Virus record (IMG/VR): IMGVR_UViG_3300042337_000526 | Location: 32,001 to 96,000 of that record | Length of the DNA: 64,000 bases | Strand: one strand, 5' to 3' | Origin: a virus | Shown: piece by piece, positions 7,340 through 16,077 of the stretch | Position numbering within the stretch: the first letter of the stretch is position 1 | Layout of the letters: the number at the start of each line of letters is the position of its first letter | Translations under genes and position numbers: made by a program | Notes under the pieces: generated by a model | What the model saw: the letters and a program-made list of their open reading frames with translations, nothing else | Database searches by the model: none | Told to the model about the DNA's origin: nothing

Positions 7340-10000
7340 ATGAAGTTGGCAGATCGCGTTATTGAGACTCATAGTGCTGGTGTTCGTAGCGAGTCTGGTT
7401 TTACAATCGCTCAGACTAGCAAAATGTTTAAAATCCTTTCGGACTCTCTTTATTCCGATAAGGTGATGGCAGTTATTCGTGAACTGTCTACTAATGCTTA
7501 TGATAGTCATATTAGTGCTGGTAATAAGAATCCCTTCAAGGTGATCTTGCCAACATCTGCTAATCCTTCTTTTACCGTGCGTGATTATGGCACTGGTCTT
7601 AGTCAGGGAGATATGGAGAACCTGTATACAACTTACGGTGCTTCTAATAAGAATGATAGCAACGATTTTGTAGGTTGTCTTGGTCTTGGTAGCAAGAGTC
7701 CGTTTGCTTATACCAAGAGTTTTACCACCAGTTCTTATTTTAATGGAACTAAGTATACTTATATCGCCGCTATTGATGACAGCGGTGTTCCTACTCTGAA
7801 TCTTTTTAATACTTGTGAAACTGATGAGGCTAATGGTCTTGAAATCAGTTTTGCTGTTAAGAACCATGATTTTAGTGAGTTTACCAATAAGGCTATCAGG
7901 ATTTTCCATTATTTCCGAATGAAACCTATTATTGAGGGTGGACTTGGAGATAATCTGCAAGATCATAAGTATAGCAATACTAATATTGTGATCAGCGGTA
8001 ATGGCTGGAGAGTTTGCAGACTTAATAACGATACTCAGTATTATCCTAATAATTATCATCGTATTGATAGTGGTGTTGTTGCTATCATGGGAAATATTGC
8101 ATATCCTGTTCAGACCGCTCAGATTATTGGTCAGGAAAAGGAAGATCAACCAGATCATATTGCCAAGTGGAATAGGGCTTTCCAGAAAGCCGATATTGAT
8201 TCGTGGAAGAGTTTCGTTACTGAGATCATTAACTCTGGTCTTTATCTGGAACTTGATTTTGGTATTGGCGAACTGGAAATGGACGTTTCCCGTGAAGGTT
8301 TGCAGTATACTAAGAGCGTTATTAAAACTCTGCGTCAAAAGACTCAAGAGATTTATCTTGAGATGAAGGATGAATTTAGTAAGAAGATTTCTGCTGCTAA
8401 GACCAAGATTGAGGCTATCACAACATATTATCAGATGAATGAATTGTCTGGTGGATGGGGTGTTGGTGCATCTTGGACTGACCCTAATGGTAAGAGCCAC
8501 AATATTAATAGTGGTGCTGACCTTGAATATAAAATCAAGGCTGGCAAGAACCTGTACGTTTTTAATTACAAGAGCAGCGGGTATCGTTCACGACGCCTTA
8601 TTTCTCTAACAGACAAAATCCATCATGATACTCTTACTGGTAAGGGATATTCTTACTGGAATAGTCAGAAGAAGAATGGGAAAATTGCTTTTTTTGTTTG
8701 TGACGTTAAGGGTGAAGAAACTGCCAAGAAGATTGTGACACGTTATTGTAATCAAAATGATTGTTTTGCTTACATGATTATGGACACAAAGGATCATACT
8801 CAAAGCGACAAGGGTTTTGATGATCTGATTAATGATGTCGGTAGTGAGAATCTGCTCAAGGTTTCTGATTATAAACATCTTACTCAAAGTTCTGGCCCTC
8901 GTAAAAGTGGAGTCAGAAATAGTAATGGTAGTGTGAGCGATCAAGATATATTCTTTATTCATGGTCAGTCTAAGGATTCTGGTAAACTTAGTGTCGAATA
9001 TAACGATGCTCTTAGTTTGAAAACTCTTACAAGTGACGAACTAGACGAATTGAGTGATAGTGATTCTATCATTTATGTTCCTATTCTTCGTTATCAAAGC
9101 ACACCAGAGTTTCCTAAGATTAATAATATTGTATCGCTATTTGATAATGAGAATATCAAGGGACTATTTGGAGATGTGAAGGTTTATGCTATCAAGAGCA
9201 ATTTTGTAGCAAAAATGACCAGTGAAGGACACAATCTTGTTGACTTTAATACTTGGTTTAAAAAGATTCTCTCAACAAAGATTAAGAGTTATTTTAACAA
9301 TACCAATGAGTACAACTCTATTGTTGAATTCTACAAAAAGGAATTTATCAGTAAGGATGGTGATAACGATAATTATTATTACAATCATGGAACATTGGTT
9401 AGTCAGTTCTCTTGTCATATGTTGAGTATTTTTGGTCTTGAATATAAGAAATATATCAAGAATACTGAACTATCCAATATTATTGATAGTTTTCTTGTAA
9501 TGGAATTCTTTGCCGATACTATGCACAGAGCAACTTTTGATCTGAAACGATTCTCTCAGACTGAATATTTTGACCATATCAACTCTTTGCTCAAGGATCG
9601 AGGTATTGATCATCTTGATAGTAAGGAACTCAAGAAGAAAAATGTACAATATAACACTCTTATAAATATTCAACATCAGATGTTTGACCATTCTGATGAT
9701 ATTGAGGGATATACTAAATTGTTTAAGTCTGATGCTAAAGCAATCAAGTATAATTTGACCAAAGCGGCAGACTTGAAGAAAATTCTTAAAGTCGAGGTTG
9801 ACAAGAACCCGATGCTGAAGTATATTATGGGAAGCAACCAGATTAATGGCAATCTTAGAGATTTGGACAGCAAGTATAATCCTATCTCTCAATTTGCTGA
9901 TAATTATTATGGTAAGAGAAATAATGCTGTATGGGTTGAGAGTATGGATAGCGACAAGGTTGAATTGTTTAAGATTCAGTTGAGTAGTTTGATCAAGTAA
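7340..10000 (+). CDS. rIIA: rIIA-like protein (N-terminal GHKL/HSP90-like ATPase)
   Basis: LSDSLYSDKVMAVIRELSTNAYDSH, VRDYGTGLS and GCLGLGSKSPFAYT, with rIIB directly downstream. Confidence 0.9.
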   Translation: MKLADRVIETHSAGVRSESGFTIAQTSKMFKILSDSLYSDKVMAVIRELSTNAYDSHISAGNKNPFKVILPTSANPSFTVRDYGTGLSQGDMENLYTTYGASNKNDSNDFVGCLGLGSKSPFAYTKSFTTSSYFNGTKYTYIAAIDDSGVPTLNLFNTCETDEANGLEISFAVKNHDFSEFTNKAIRIFHYFRMKPIIEGGLGDNLQDHKYSNTNIVISGNGWRVCRLNNDTQYYPNNYHRIDSGVVAIMGNIAYPVQTAQIIGQEKEDQPDHIAKWNRAFQKADIDSWKSFVTEIINSGLYLELDFGIGELEMDVSREGLQYTKSVIKTLRQKTQEIYLEMKDEFSKKISAAKTKIEAITTYYQMNELSGGWGVGASWTDPNGKSHNINSGADLEYKIKAGKNLYVFNYKSSGYRSRRLISLTDKIHHDTLTGKGYSYWNSQKKNGKIAFFVCDVKGEETAKKIVTRYCNQNDCFAYMIMDTKDHTQSDKGFDDLINDVGSENLLKVSDYKHLTQSSGPRKSGVRNSNGSVSDQDIFFIHGQSKDSGKLSVEYNDALSLKTLTSDELDELSDSDSIIYVPILRYQSTPEFPKINNIVSLFDNENIKGLFGDVKVYAIKSNFVAKMTSEGHNLVDFNTWFKKILSTKIKSYFNNTNEYNSIVEFYKKEFISKDGDNDNYYYNHGTLVSQFSCHMLSIFGLEYKKYIKNTELSNIIDSFLVMEFFADTMHRATFDLKRFSQTEYFDHINSLLKDRGIDHLDSKELKKKNVQYNTLINIQHQMFDHSDDIEGYTKLFKSDAKAIKYNLTKAADLKKILKVEVDKNPMLKYIMGSNQINGNLRDLDSKYNPISQFADNYYGKRNNAVWVESMDSDKVELFKIQLSSLIK

Positions 10001-10036
10001 TTCACAAGGTAACTAAAAACAATAGGAGTTTATATC

Positions 10037-10897
10037 ATGAGTGTTCCGTTTATGTTTGTCGATGGTAATCTGACAGTTGTGCTGAACAACAAGAGTTTTC
10101 AAGTTCTGCCTGACCACCTTAACTACAAGATGATTCTGGAGGCATTGCCTACTGCAACATCTGACGAGTTGATTGAAATGATTGATATTGAGAAGGCGGT
10201 TGCTACTTTTAGTGACGGTCTTGTTGAGATCAAGAATGGTCAGGTAACTTATGAGGGTGAGGTTGTTCATGGGTCGATTAGCAAGAGAATTCTGGAGTTT
10301 ATGAGCAAGGGTCTGCCTTTTCAGCCTCTTGTTAATTTCCTGAATAATCTTATGGGTAATCCTAGTATGCAAAGTCAAAAGGAACTCTATGATTTCCTTG
10401 AGCATGAGCATCTGCCCATTACTGAGGATGGTTATTTCCTTGCTTATAAGGCAGTCAGAGCAGATTACATGGACAAATATCGCGGAGTATTTGATAATCA
10501 TGTTGGTAATGTTTGTGAAATGACCCGATCAAAGGTTGATGATGATCGTGGCCGAGGTTGCTCTAATGGGCTTCATGCTGGTGCATTGAATTATGTGGCC
10601 GGTTATGGCAGTCTTGAAAATGGCGATAAGATCGTTATCGTTAAGATTAATCCTGCTGATGTTGTGAGTGTTCCTAGTGATTGTAACTATGAGAAACTTC
10701 GCACTTGCCGATATGAAGTTGTCGGAGAGTATCAAGGCGAACTTCTCAAGCCTCTTTATTCATCTGTCTTTAGTGAGGATGATTACGAGGATGAGGATGA
10801 AGATTATGATAATGATTATGATTGGGGATGGAATGAGGATGATGACGAAGAGGCTTATGCTGAAGATGATGAGGAAGATTACGACGATTATAACTGA
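10037..10897 (+). CDS. rIIB: rIIB-like protein with an acidic tail
   Basis: LPITEDGYFLAYKAV, CSNGLHAG and KINPADVVSVPSD...KLRTCRYEVV, in its position after rIIA. Confidence 0.9.
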   Translation: MSVPFMFVDGNLTVVLNNKSFQVLPDHLNYKMILEALPTATSDELIEMIDIEKAVATFSDGLVEIKNGQVTYEGEVVHGSISKRILEFMSKGLPFQPLVNFLNNLMGNPSMQSQKELYDFLEHEHLPITEDGYFLAYKAVRADYMDKYRGVFDNHVGNVCEMTRSKVDDDRGRGCSNGLHAGALNYVAGYGSLENGDKIVIVKINPADVVSVPSDCNYEKLRTCRYEVVGEYQGELLKPLYSSVFSEDDYEDEDEDYDNDYDWGWNEDDDEEAYAEDDEEDYDDYN

Positions 10898-10910
10898 TTA
10901 ATAAAAATAA

Positions 10911-10996
10911 AGTGGAGTCTGGTGACTAAGATAATAGCCTCTGGTTGGGAAACTCAACAAACGCTATTTGAGAGAGGTTCAATTCCTCTCCCGCTA
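10911..10996 (+). ncRNA. tRNA-like structured RNA with an enlarged anticodon-position arm
   Basis: AGTGG/CCGCT acceptor-like stem, GTCT/AGAT D-like stem with GG in the loop, AATAGC/GCTATT stem enclosing a GTTGG-GAAA-CTCAAC hairpin, and T arm GAGAGG-TTCAATT-CCTCTC. Confidence 0.5.
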
Positions 10997-11075
10997 TTTT
11001 ATATCGCTAATGATAGTAGAGGTTGCTATCCCGATATTGGTTTGGGTTGTTTACAATTACAGGTAATGGTGAAAT

Positions 11076-12263
11076 ATGTTTAAGATGGAACTTGGTTTTA
11101 ATCCGTATGACAAGGCTAACAGCAGTGCTGAAAAGCGTTATGCTAATTCGTGGAATGGACTGCAAGAGCAGTTTCTAAATTCTTTTAATCTGGTTGGTCA
11201 TATCTTTTGCTATAATGGAGATCCTCGTAGAAAGATTAGTAGTATGAAGCATACTAATGATCTTGTTGAGGTTCGTAATGCTAATGAGAATAGCAACTCT
11301 GATGCTTACTTCTATGTTAACGGTGGACGAAAGCAGTATGCTATCAATACCATTGCTTGTTGTTTTGTAGATATTGATGCTGGACGAGACGCTGCTGGAA
11401 ACTATCTGCCCAGTAAAGAGGTTATGAAGTTTAAGCAGTCTGCTCTTGATAAGATCAATAACTTTGCTGTTAAGCCAAGTTGGGTAGTTGATACTCGTAA
11501 TGGTTATCAGATTTATTGGATTCTGGACGATCAGAGTCGAACTCTAGTTAATCAAACCACATGGAATGGTATTCAGAAGAAACTGGTAAATTACTTTGGT
11601 GGAGATGCACGAGCCATCAAGATTAATCAGATTTATCGAGTTCCTTATACTTGGTGGCGTAAGTGCTGGGAAAAGAAAGCATCTTACTTTACAAGTATTC
11701 TGACTGGCTCAACTGGTCATAGAATTAATGTTCAAGATTTAATCTCTGCATTAAATGGTCAGCCAGCAACAGTAACCATTGTTCCTAATGCTACTAGTGA
11801 TGCTTGGTTTGACCAGTGGAGAAAAACCTATAAGAAGTCTGATGCTACTGGACTTCCTGTAACGGTTGATGCTGCTGCAAAGATTCTGAATGAACTTAAT
11901 AGTCAAAGAGCAGTCTATACAAATAGCAGTGCCGATTATTGTGGTCAAAAGAATACTCAGGATAGTGTGTGGGTAGACTTTAATAAGGAACTTAACAGTC
12001 CACAAAAGCATAGTGACTATAAGTGCAACAACTTTTATACTAATAATTACGAGAAGGCTTATGGTGATCCGTCGCCAGTGTTGCCTTCTCATGCTGGTGA
12101 CAGTGGTTTAGTTTTGAGTGGGGAGCAGGCCAAACTTTTAAAAACGGTGGTCGAGTACCTCAACCAAGCATCTACAGCGTTGTATTTCAGTAACAACCGA
12201 TTCCTTTCTGGTGCTGCCAGAGACTTGGCAAGCCAGATTAGTGATAAGTTTTGCGTAGGTTGA
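11076..12263 (+). CDS. RepB'-like primase (AEP superfamily)
   Basis: FVDID (metal-binding DxD), PSWVVDTRNGYQIYWIL and D.RAIKINQIYRVP, the typical RepB primase motifs. His appears to be replaced by Gln in GYQIYW. Confidence 0.7.
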   Translation: MFKMELGFNPYDKANSSAEKRYANSWNGLQEQFLNSFNLVGHIFCYNGDPRRKISSMKHTNDLVEVRNANENSNSDAYFYVNGGRKQYAINTIACCFVDIDAGRDAAGNYLPSKEVMKFKQSALDKINNFAVKPSWVVDTRNGYQIYWILDDQSRTLVNQTTWNGIQKKLVNYFGGDARAIKINQIYRVPYTWWRKCWEKKASYFTSILTGSTGHRINVQDLISALNGQPATVTIVPNATSDAWFDQWRKTYKKSDATGLPVTVDAAAKILNELNSQRAVYTNSSADYCGQKNTQDSVWVDFNKELNSPQKHSDYKCNNFYTNNYEKAYGDPSPVLPSHAGDSGLVLSGEQAKLLKTVVEYLNQASTALYFSNNRFLSGAARDLASQISDKFCVG

Positions 12264-12266
12264 ATT

Positions 12267-12677
12267 ATGAACAATCAAGAATATCCAGAAAATAATGATC
12301 CTTATAAATTCTACTTTCAGATAGATACTGAATGGGTTAAGAAATATATGGATAGTCTGCTTAATAAGATAGAATATAAATGGATAACTAAGGATATTAT
12401 AGAGGATGTGTTGAATAAACTACCTCAATATAAGGTTGAACCTGTTGATGGATTTCCGTTTGTTTCGTTACCTGTGAATGATTACTTCTCCAATACAGCG
12501 GGGGATAAAACCTCCCTGTATTTGGGGAATAATCATTACAACGAAGGAATATGGAAAATTAAATATTTTGTTTATAAGAAACTTCAAAAAGAATATGAAT
12601 TACATTTACAGGCTCATGCTAAACATGTGGTTAGTCAGCCAAGATATTACGAATGTTTATTTGAAATACTTAATTAG
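12267..12677 (+). CDS. Hypothetical protein
   Basis: 136-aa ORF in the operon. Confidence 0.6.
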   Translation: MNNQEYPENNDPYKFYFQIDTEWVKKYMDSLLNKIEYKWITKDIIEDVLNKLPQYKVEPVDGFPFVSLPVNDYFSNTAGDKTSLYLGNNHYNEGIWKIKYFVYKKLQKEYELHLQAHAKHVVSQPRYYECLFEILN

Positions 12678-12685
12678 GAAGACTT

Positions 12686-13120
12686 ATGAAAGATAACTGG
12701 TATGTAATTCACGACATGGATGCGTTCACTAACCACGCCAGAGTATTAGTTTATAATGCTTTTGGCAGTGGTTTATCGGAAGATAAAGATGATCCAGAAA
12801 TTGATGATCTAATATCTGTTAAGCCAGAAGATAAGGATGAATTAGATAAAATATTATCTTTTGAAGAATCTTTGAATATCACAACCCAAATCGTTAAAAA
12901 ACAGAAAAACAAAAAGACAAATAGTATACGATATGTTGTAAACGATATTATATTTTCAGAAGTATTAGATTCTTTGAATGACAGAATGGTGAGTAATCTG
13001 TTGAATAACTTGGTAAATAAGGGAGTTCTTGAAACGGGATTTGATAATGAGACTAATGATTTCCTATTTTGGATAAAAGAAAATGATAAAAACAAATCTG
13101 AAAAGCCAGAAACCGATTGA
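12686..13120 (+). CDS. Hypothetical protein
   Basis: AGGA RBS, 144 aa. Confidence 0.7.
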   Translation: MKDNWYVIHDMDAFTNHARVLVYNAFGSGLSEDKDDPEIDDLISVKPEDKDELDKILSFEESLNITTQIVKKQKNKKTNSIRYVVNDIIFSEVLDSLNDRMVSNLLNNLVNKGVLETGFDNETNDFLFWIKENDKNKSEKPETD

Positions 13121-13493
13121 GACTGATGCCTCTTTTAAATATCAGTGTCCTTCAGAAGATTGTAATAATAAACATTGGCTATTTATAAGACAGGCTCAGG
13201 TTAAAAACTTTAAGATAGTCTGTGAGTGTGGTTTGGTTTTCAAGCCAAAACAGATAAAACATATTAAAATAATTTACGAAAAGCCCAAAAGGAAACGAAA
13301 GACATCAGAAGATATTGTTGATAGTATTCCTGTTGACCTTTTGAATCAATGTGCTAAAGTTCTGTCTGGCTATGGATTTGATTTGGACGAGTCTAAAGAA
13401 TTAATTAAGCAATCATATAATTCTTGCAAGACTAATGATATTGGATCTTTAATTAAAAACGCTTTAAAATCTTTTGGAGAAAAAAATGGCTAA
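13083..13493 (+). CDS. Zn-ribbon protein with a C-terminal RuvA domain III-like module
   Basis: CPSEDC...CECG at the N-terminus. The C-terminal VLSGYGFDLDESKELIKQ...SLIKNALK matches the RuvA_C pattern LxxLG[YF]xxxEA...LIxxAL. It overlaps ruvB. Confidence 0.65.
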   Translation: MIKTNLKSQKPIETDASFKYQCPSEDCNNKHWLFIRQAQVKNFKIVCECGLVFKPKQIKHIKIIYEKPKRKRKTSEDIVDSIPVDLLNQCAKVLSGYGFDLDESKELIKQSYNSCKTNDIGSLIKNALKSFGEKNG

Positions 13494-14397
13494 AGGTATT
13501 CGACCATCAACTTTTGACGAGATCATTGGACAGGATAATGTCAAAGAGCGTCTACGAGTCTCTGTGAGGGGTTGTAAAAACACAGGCACGGTGATGCCTC
13601 ACGTTTTAATAGACGGCCCTCCTGGCCTTGGAAAGACCACCATAGCGAGTGCCATAGCCAACGAGTTGGGGGTGAACCTTTATACCACCAATGCGGCAAA
13701 CATACGCAGCATCAAAAATATACTTCCGTATATTATGGGTATTGAGCCAAGATCAGTTTTGTTCATTGATGAAATCCACAGATTGCCTAAGATTGTGGAA
13801 GAATTTCTATATCCGATCATGGAAGATTTTGTTCTTAATATTACTGTTAAGAATGACGAAGATAAAGATGTTCCAGAAACTATTGATCTGCCAGTATTTA
13901 CTGTGGTTGGGGCCACAACTAGTGGCGGAAGTTTAAGTCAACCCTTTTATGATCGTTTCTGCATTAAAGAACATTTATCTTTTTATAATACTGATGATCT
14001 AGCTAAACTAGCAAGGTTGAACTCGTCTAAATTAGGGGTAGTCATAGAGGATTGCGACCTCTTGGAGATTGCTAAACGAAGCAAAGGAACTCCACGAATT
14101 CTAAATGCTAGATTGCAGTGGTATAAGAACTATATGTCTTGTAATCCTGATAAGGTTATTTCTATAGATGAGATATTTAATGTTCAAGGTATTGATCATA
14201 ATGGTCTTGATATTTATGACAGGTTATATATTGATATCTTGAAAAAGAGTAAAGGATCCCCACTTGGATTAAAAGCAATATCATCAATGACAGGCATCGC
14301 CATTGAAACCATTGAGAATAGTATTGAGCCTTTTCTTGTTAGACGAGGATATGTAATCAGAACCCAAAAGGGAAGAGTCTTAGGATCTCAACCATAA
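13474..14397 (+). CDS. ruvB: Holliday junction branch migration ATPase RuvB
   Basis: IRPSTFDEIIGQ, Walker A GPPGLGKTT, Walker B FIDEIH, GATT, DRF, GTPR and winged-helix IEPFL...RTQKGR. Confidence 0.95.
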   Translation: MEKKMAKGIRPSTFDEIIGQDNVKERLRVSVRGCKNTGTVMPHVLIDGPPGLGKTTIASAIANELGVNLYTTNAANIRSIKNILPYIMGIEPRSVLFIDEIHRLPKIVEEFLYPIMEDFVLNITVKNDEDKDVPETIDLPVFTVVGATTSGGSLSQPFYDRFCIKEHLSFYNTDDLAKLARLNSSKLGVVIEDCDLLEIAKRSKGTPRILNARLQWYKNYMSCNPDKVISIDEIFNVQGIDHNGLDIYDRLYIDILKKSKGSPLGLKAISSMTGIAIETIENSIEPFLVRRGYVIRTQKGRVLGSQP

Positions 14398-14434
14398 TAA
14401 TTTAATATCAATAAATATATAATGTCAAGATACT

Positions 14435-14463
14435 AAAGGGGCCTTTTTGGCCCCTTTTTTATT
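14435..14463 (+). terminator. Rho-independent terminator, possibly bidirectional
   Basis: aaaggggcc-tttt-tggcccc-tttttt after ruvB. Confidence 0.8.
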
Positions 14464-14497
14464 GGCATGGTGGTGTAAATCTACTTTAGAGGAAACT

Positions 14498-14812
14498 ATG
14501 GTAGATACTATACGCATACTATTGATCGTATTAATACTATTAAATATAGTATTTTTCTTTTTGGGATACTCTATTGGCCGATTAAATAATAGTCAGGCCA
14601 ATATTGAGAGTCAGCCAGTTTCTTTTTTTGGCAAACAAAAGTTAGTATCTGATGACAAAATAACAAATAAAGTTACTATTGATGAGAGCAAATTTGTAAC
14701 AGATATTAAAACGTCTGGCATGGAGAAAAAATACGAAAATCTTGGTGAAACTAAAATTTCTACTGAAAATATAGAATCTTCAATCAATAAACTAAAAAAT
14801 ATAAAGAGGTAA
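14498..14812 (+). CDS. N-terminally membrane-anchored protein
   Basis: Single TM (ILLIVLILLNIVFFFLGY). ATG 14498 follows GAGG and a GGTGTA motif at 14472. Confidence 0.7.
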   Translation: MVDTIRILLIVLILLNIVFFFLGYSIGRLNNSQANIESQPVSFFGKQKLVSDDKITNKVTIDESKFVTDIKTSGMEKKYENLGETKISTENIESSINKLKNIKR

Positions 14813-14815
14813 ATT

Positions 14816-15817
14816 ATGAGTAAAGGTTTAGATGTTGGAACTAGTTATATTGTTTTATCTCAAGATTCTAAAGATGGCATCGTCTATAAAGATTTTAGGG
14901 ATGCTTTCTATATTATAAAACCAACTACTCCTGTTGCAACCAAAATGATTGAAAAAGGACTATCGGGAAAAGTTTTTGTTAAGGATGCAGACGGATCATT
15001 TTTAATTTTAGGTAAGGATGCCATAGAAAAAGCCATTGAACGTAACGACAACGCTAAAAGACCCATGAGCAAAGGCGTTGTGTCTGCTAAAGAGAAGGAC
15101 GCAAAGCGTGTGCTGGCTTTCATTTTAAAAGAAGTGGCTGGTCAGGCATCAGAACTAAATGAAAAACTGGTATTCTGCGTACCCGCACAGCCTGTTGATC
15201 AAGAAGATGAGGATTTTGACGTTGGATATCATGAAGATGTAGTCAAGGCCATTTTGGGTGAATGTGGATATGATGCTAAAGCCATTAATGAGGCTGAAGC
15301 TTTATGCTATGCTGAATTGGGTGATGAAGATTATACTGGTATTGCCGTATCATGTGGTGCAGGAATGACTAATGTTTGTGTTATGTTGAATGGTGAACCA
15401 ACGGTGGTATTTAGTACAACAAAGTCGGGCGATTGGGTAGATCGTATGAGTGCTGTTGCAACAGGAGAAAAGGATAGTGTTGTTCAAGCCGAAAAAGAAG
15501 GTGGTGGATTTACAATTGGCGAACATAGTGATAATCCTGTTTTATCTGCTGTATCTTCATATTATGAAAGATTAATTGATTATACTACTAAACAATTAAC
15601 AGCAGCATTATCTGATCATAAAGCACTACCAAAATTTAAAAGCCCATTAACCGTTGTTGTTGCTGGTGGAACTTCTCAAGCAAAGGGTTATGTTGAGAAT
15701 TTTACTAAAAAACTATCAGAAAATAATTTTCCTTTACAGGTTAAGGTAGTCAAGCACGCCTCAGACCCCTTACATGCGGTTTCTAAAGGTTGTTTAATAG
15801 CAGCAAAAGTTCTTTAA
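14816..15817 (+). CDS. Actin-like ATPase (MreB/FtsA/MamK superfamily)
   Basis: Phosphate-1 GLDVGTS, connect INEAEAL, phosphate-2 SCGAGMTNV, and adenosine VVAGGTS. Confidence 0.85.
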   Translation: MSKGLDVGTSYIVLSQDSKDGIVYKDFRDAFYIIKPTTPVATKMIEKGLSGKVFVKDADGSFLILGKDAIEKAIERNDNAKRPMSKGVVSAKEKDAKRVLAFILKEVAGQASELNEKLVFCVPAQPVDQEDEDFDVGYHEDVVKAILGECGYDAKAINEAEALCYAELGDEDYTGIAVSCGAGMTNVCVMLNGEPTVVFSTTKSGDWVDRMSAVATGEKDSVVQAEKEGGGFTIGEHSDNPVLSAVSSYYERLIDYTTKQLTAALSDHKALPKFKSPLTVVVAGGTSQAKGYVENFTKKLSENNFPLQVKVVKHASDPLHAVSKGCLIAAKVL

Positions 15818-15829
15818 GGATTATTTAAA

Positions 15830-16036
15830 ATGATTCCGAATAAAAAAATAAAATCAGATTGTTTTAAATGTACACAAGGACCAACACCAACACCAACAAG
15901 AACTCCTAGACCAACAATTACTCCTAGCAGAACGCCAAAACCAACAATTACTCCTAGTAGAACAAATAGGCTTATTACTCCAACACCAAGTTCTAGCTAT
16001 AATATAAAAATAAAAACTTTAAATTTCATACCATAG
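15830..16036 (+). CDS. Short Thr/Pro-repeat protein with a KIKSDC leader
   Basis: AAGGA RBS. It has the same leader and TPTRTPRPT start as the downstream giant proteins. Confidence 0.55.
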   Translation: MIPNKKIKSDCFKCTQGPTPTPTRTPRPTITPSRTPKPTITPSRTNRLITPTPSSSYNIKIKTLNFIP

Positions 16037-16077
16037 GATATGTATGATACTACAATAATCTTTGAGATTTTAATGTT

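Noticed and set aside
7229-10735. Long antisense ORFs over rIIA/rIIB (for example the 423-aa 7229..8500)
   Set aside because: They are explained by the codon bias of the sense genes and show no recognisable motifs.
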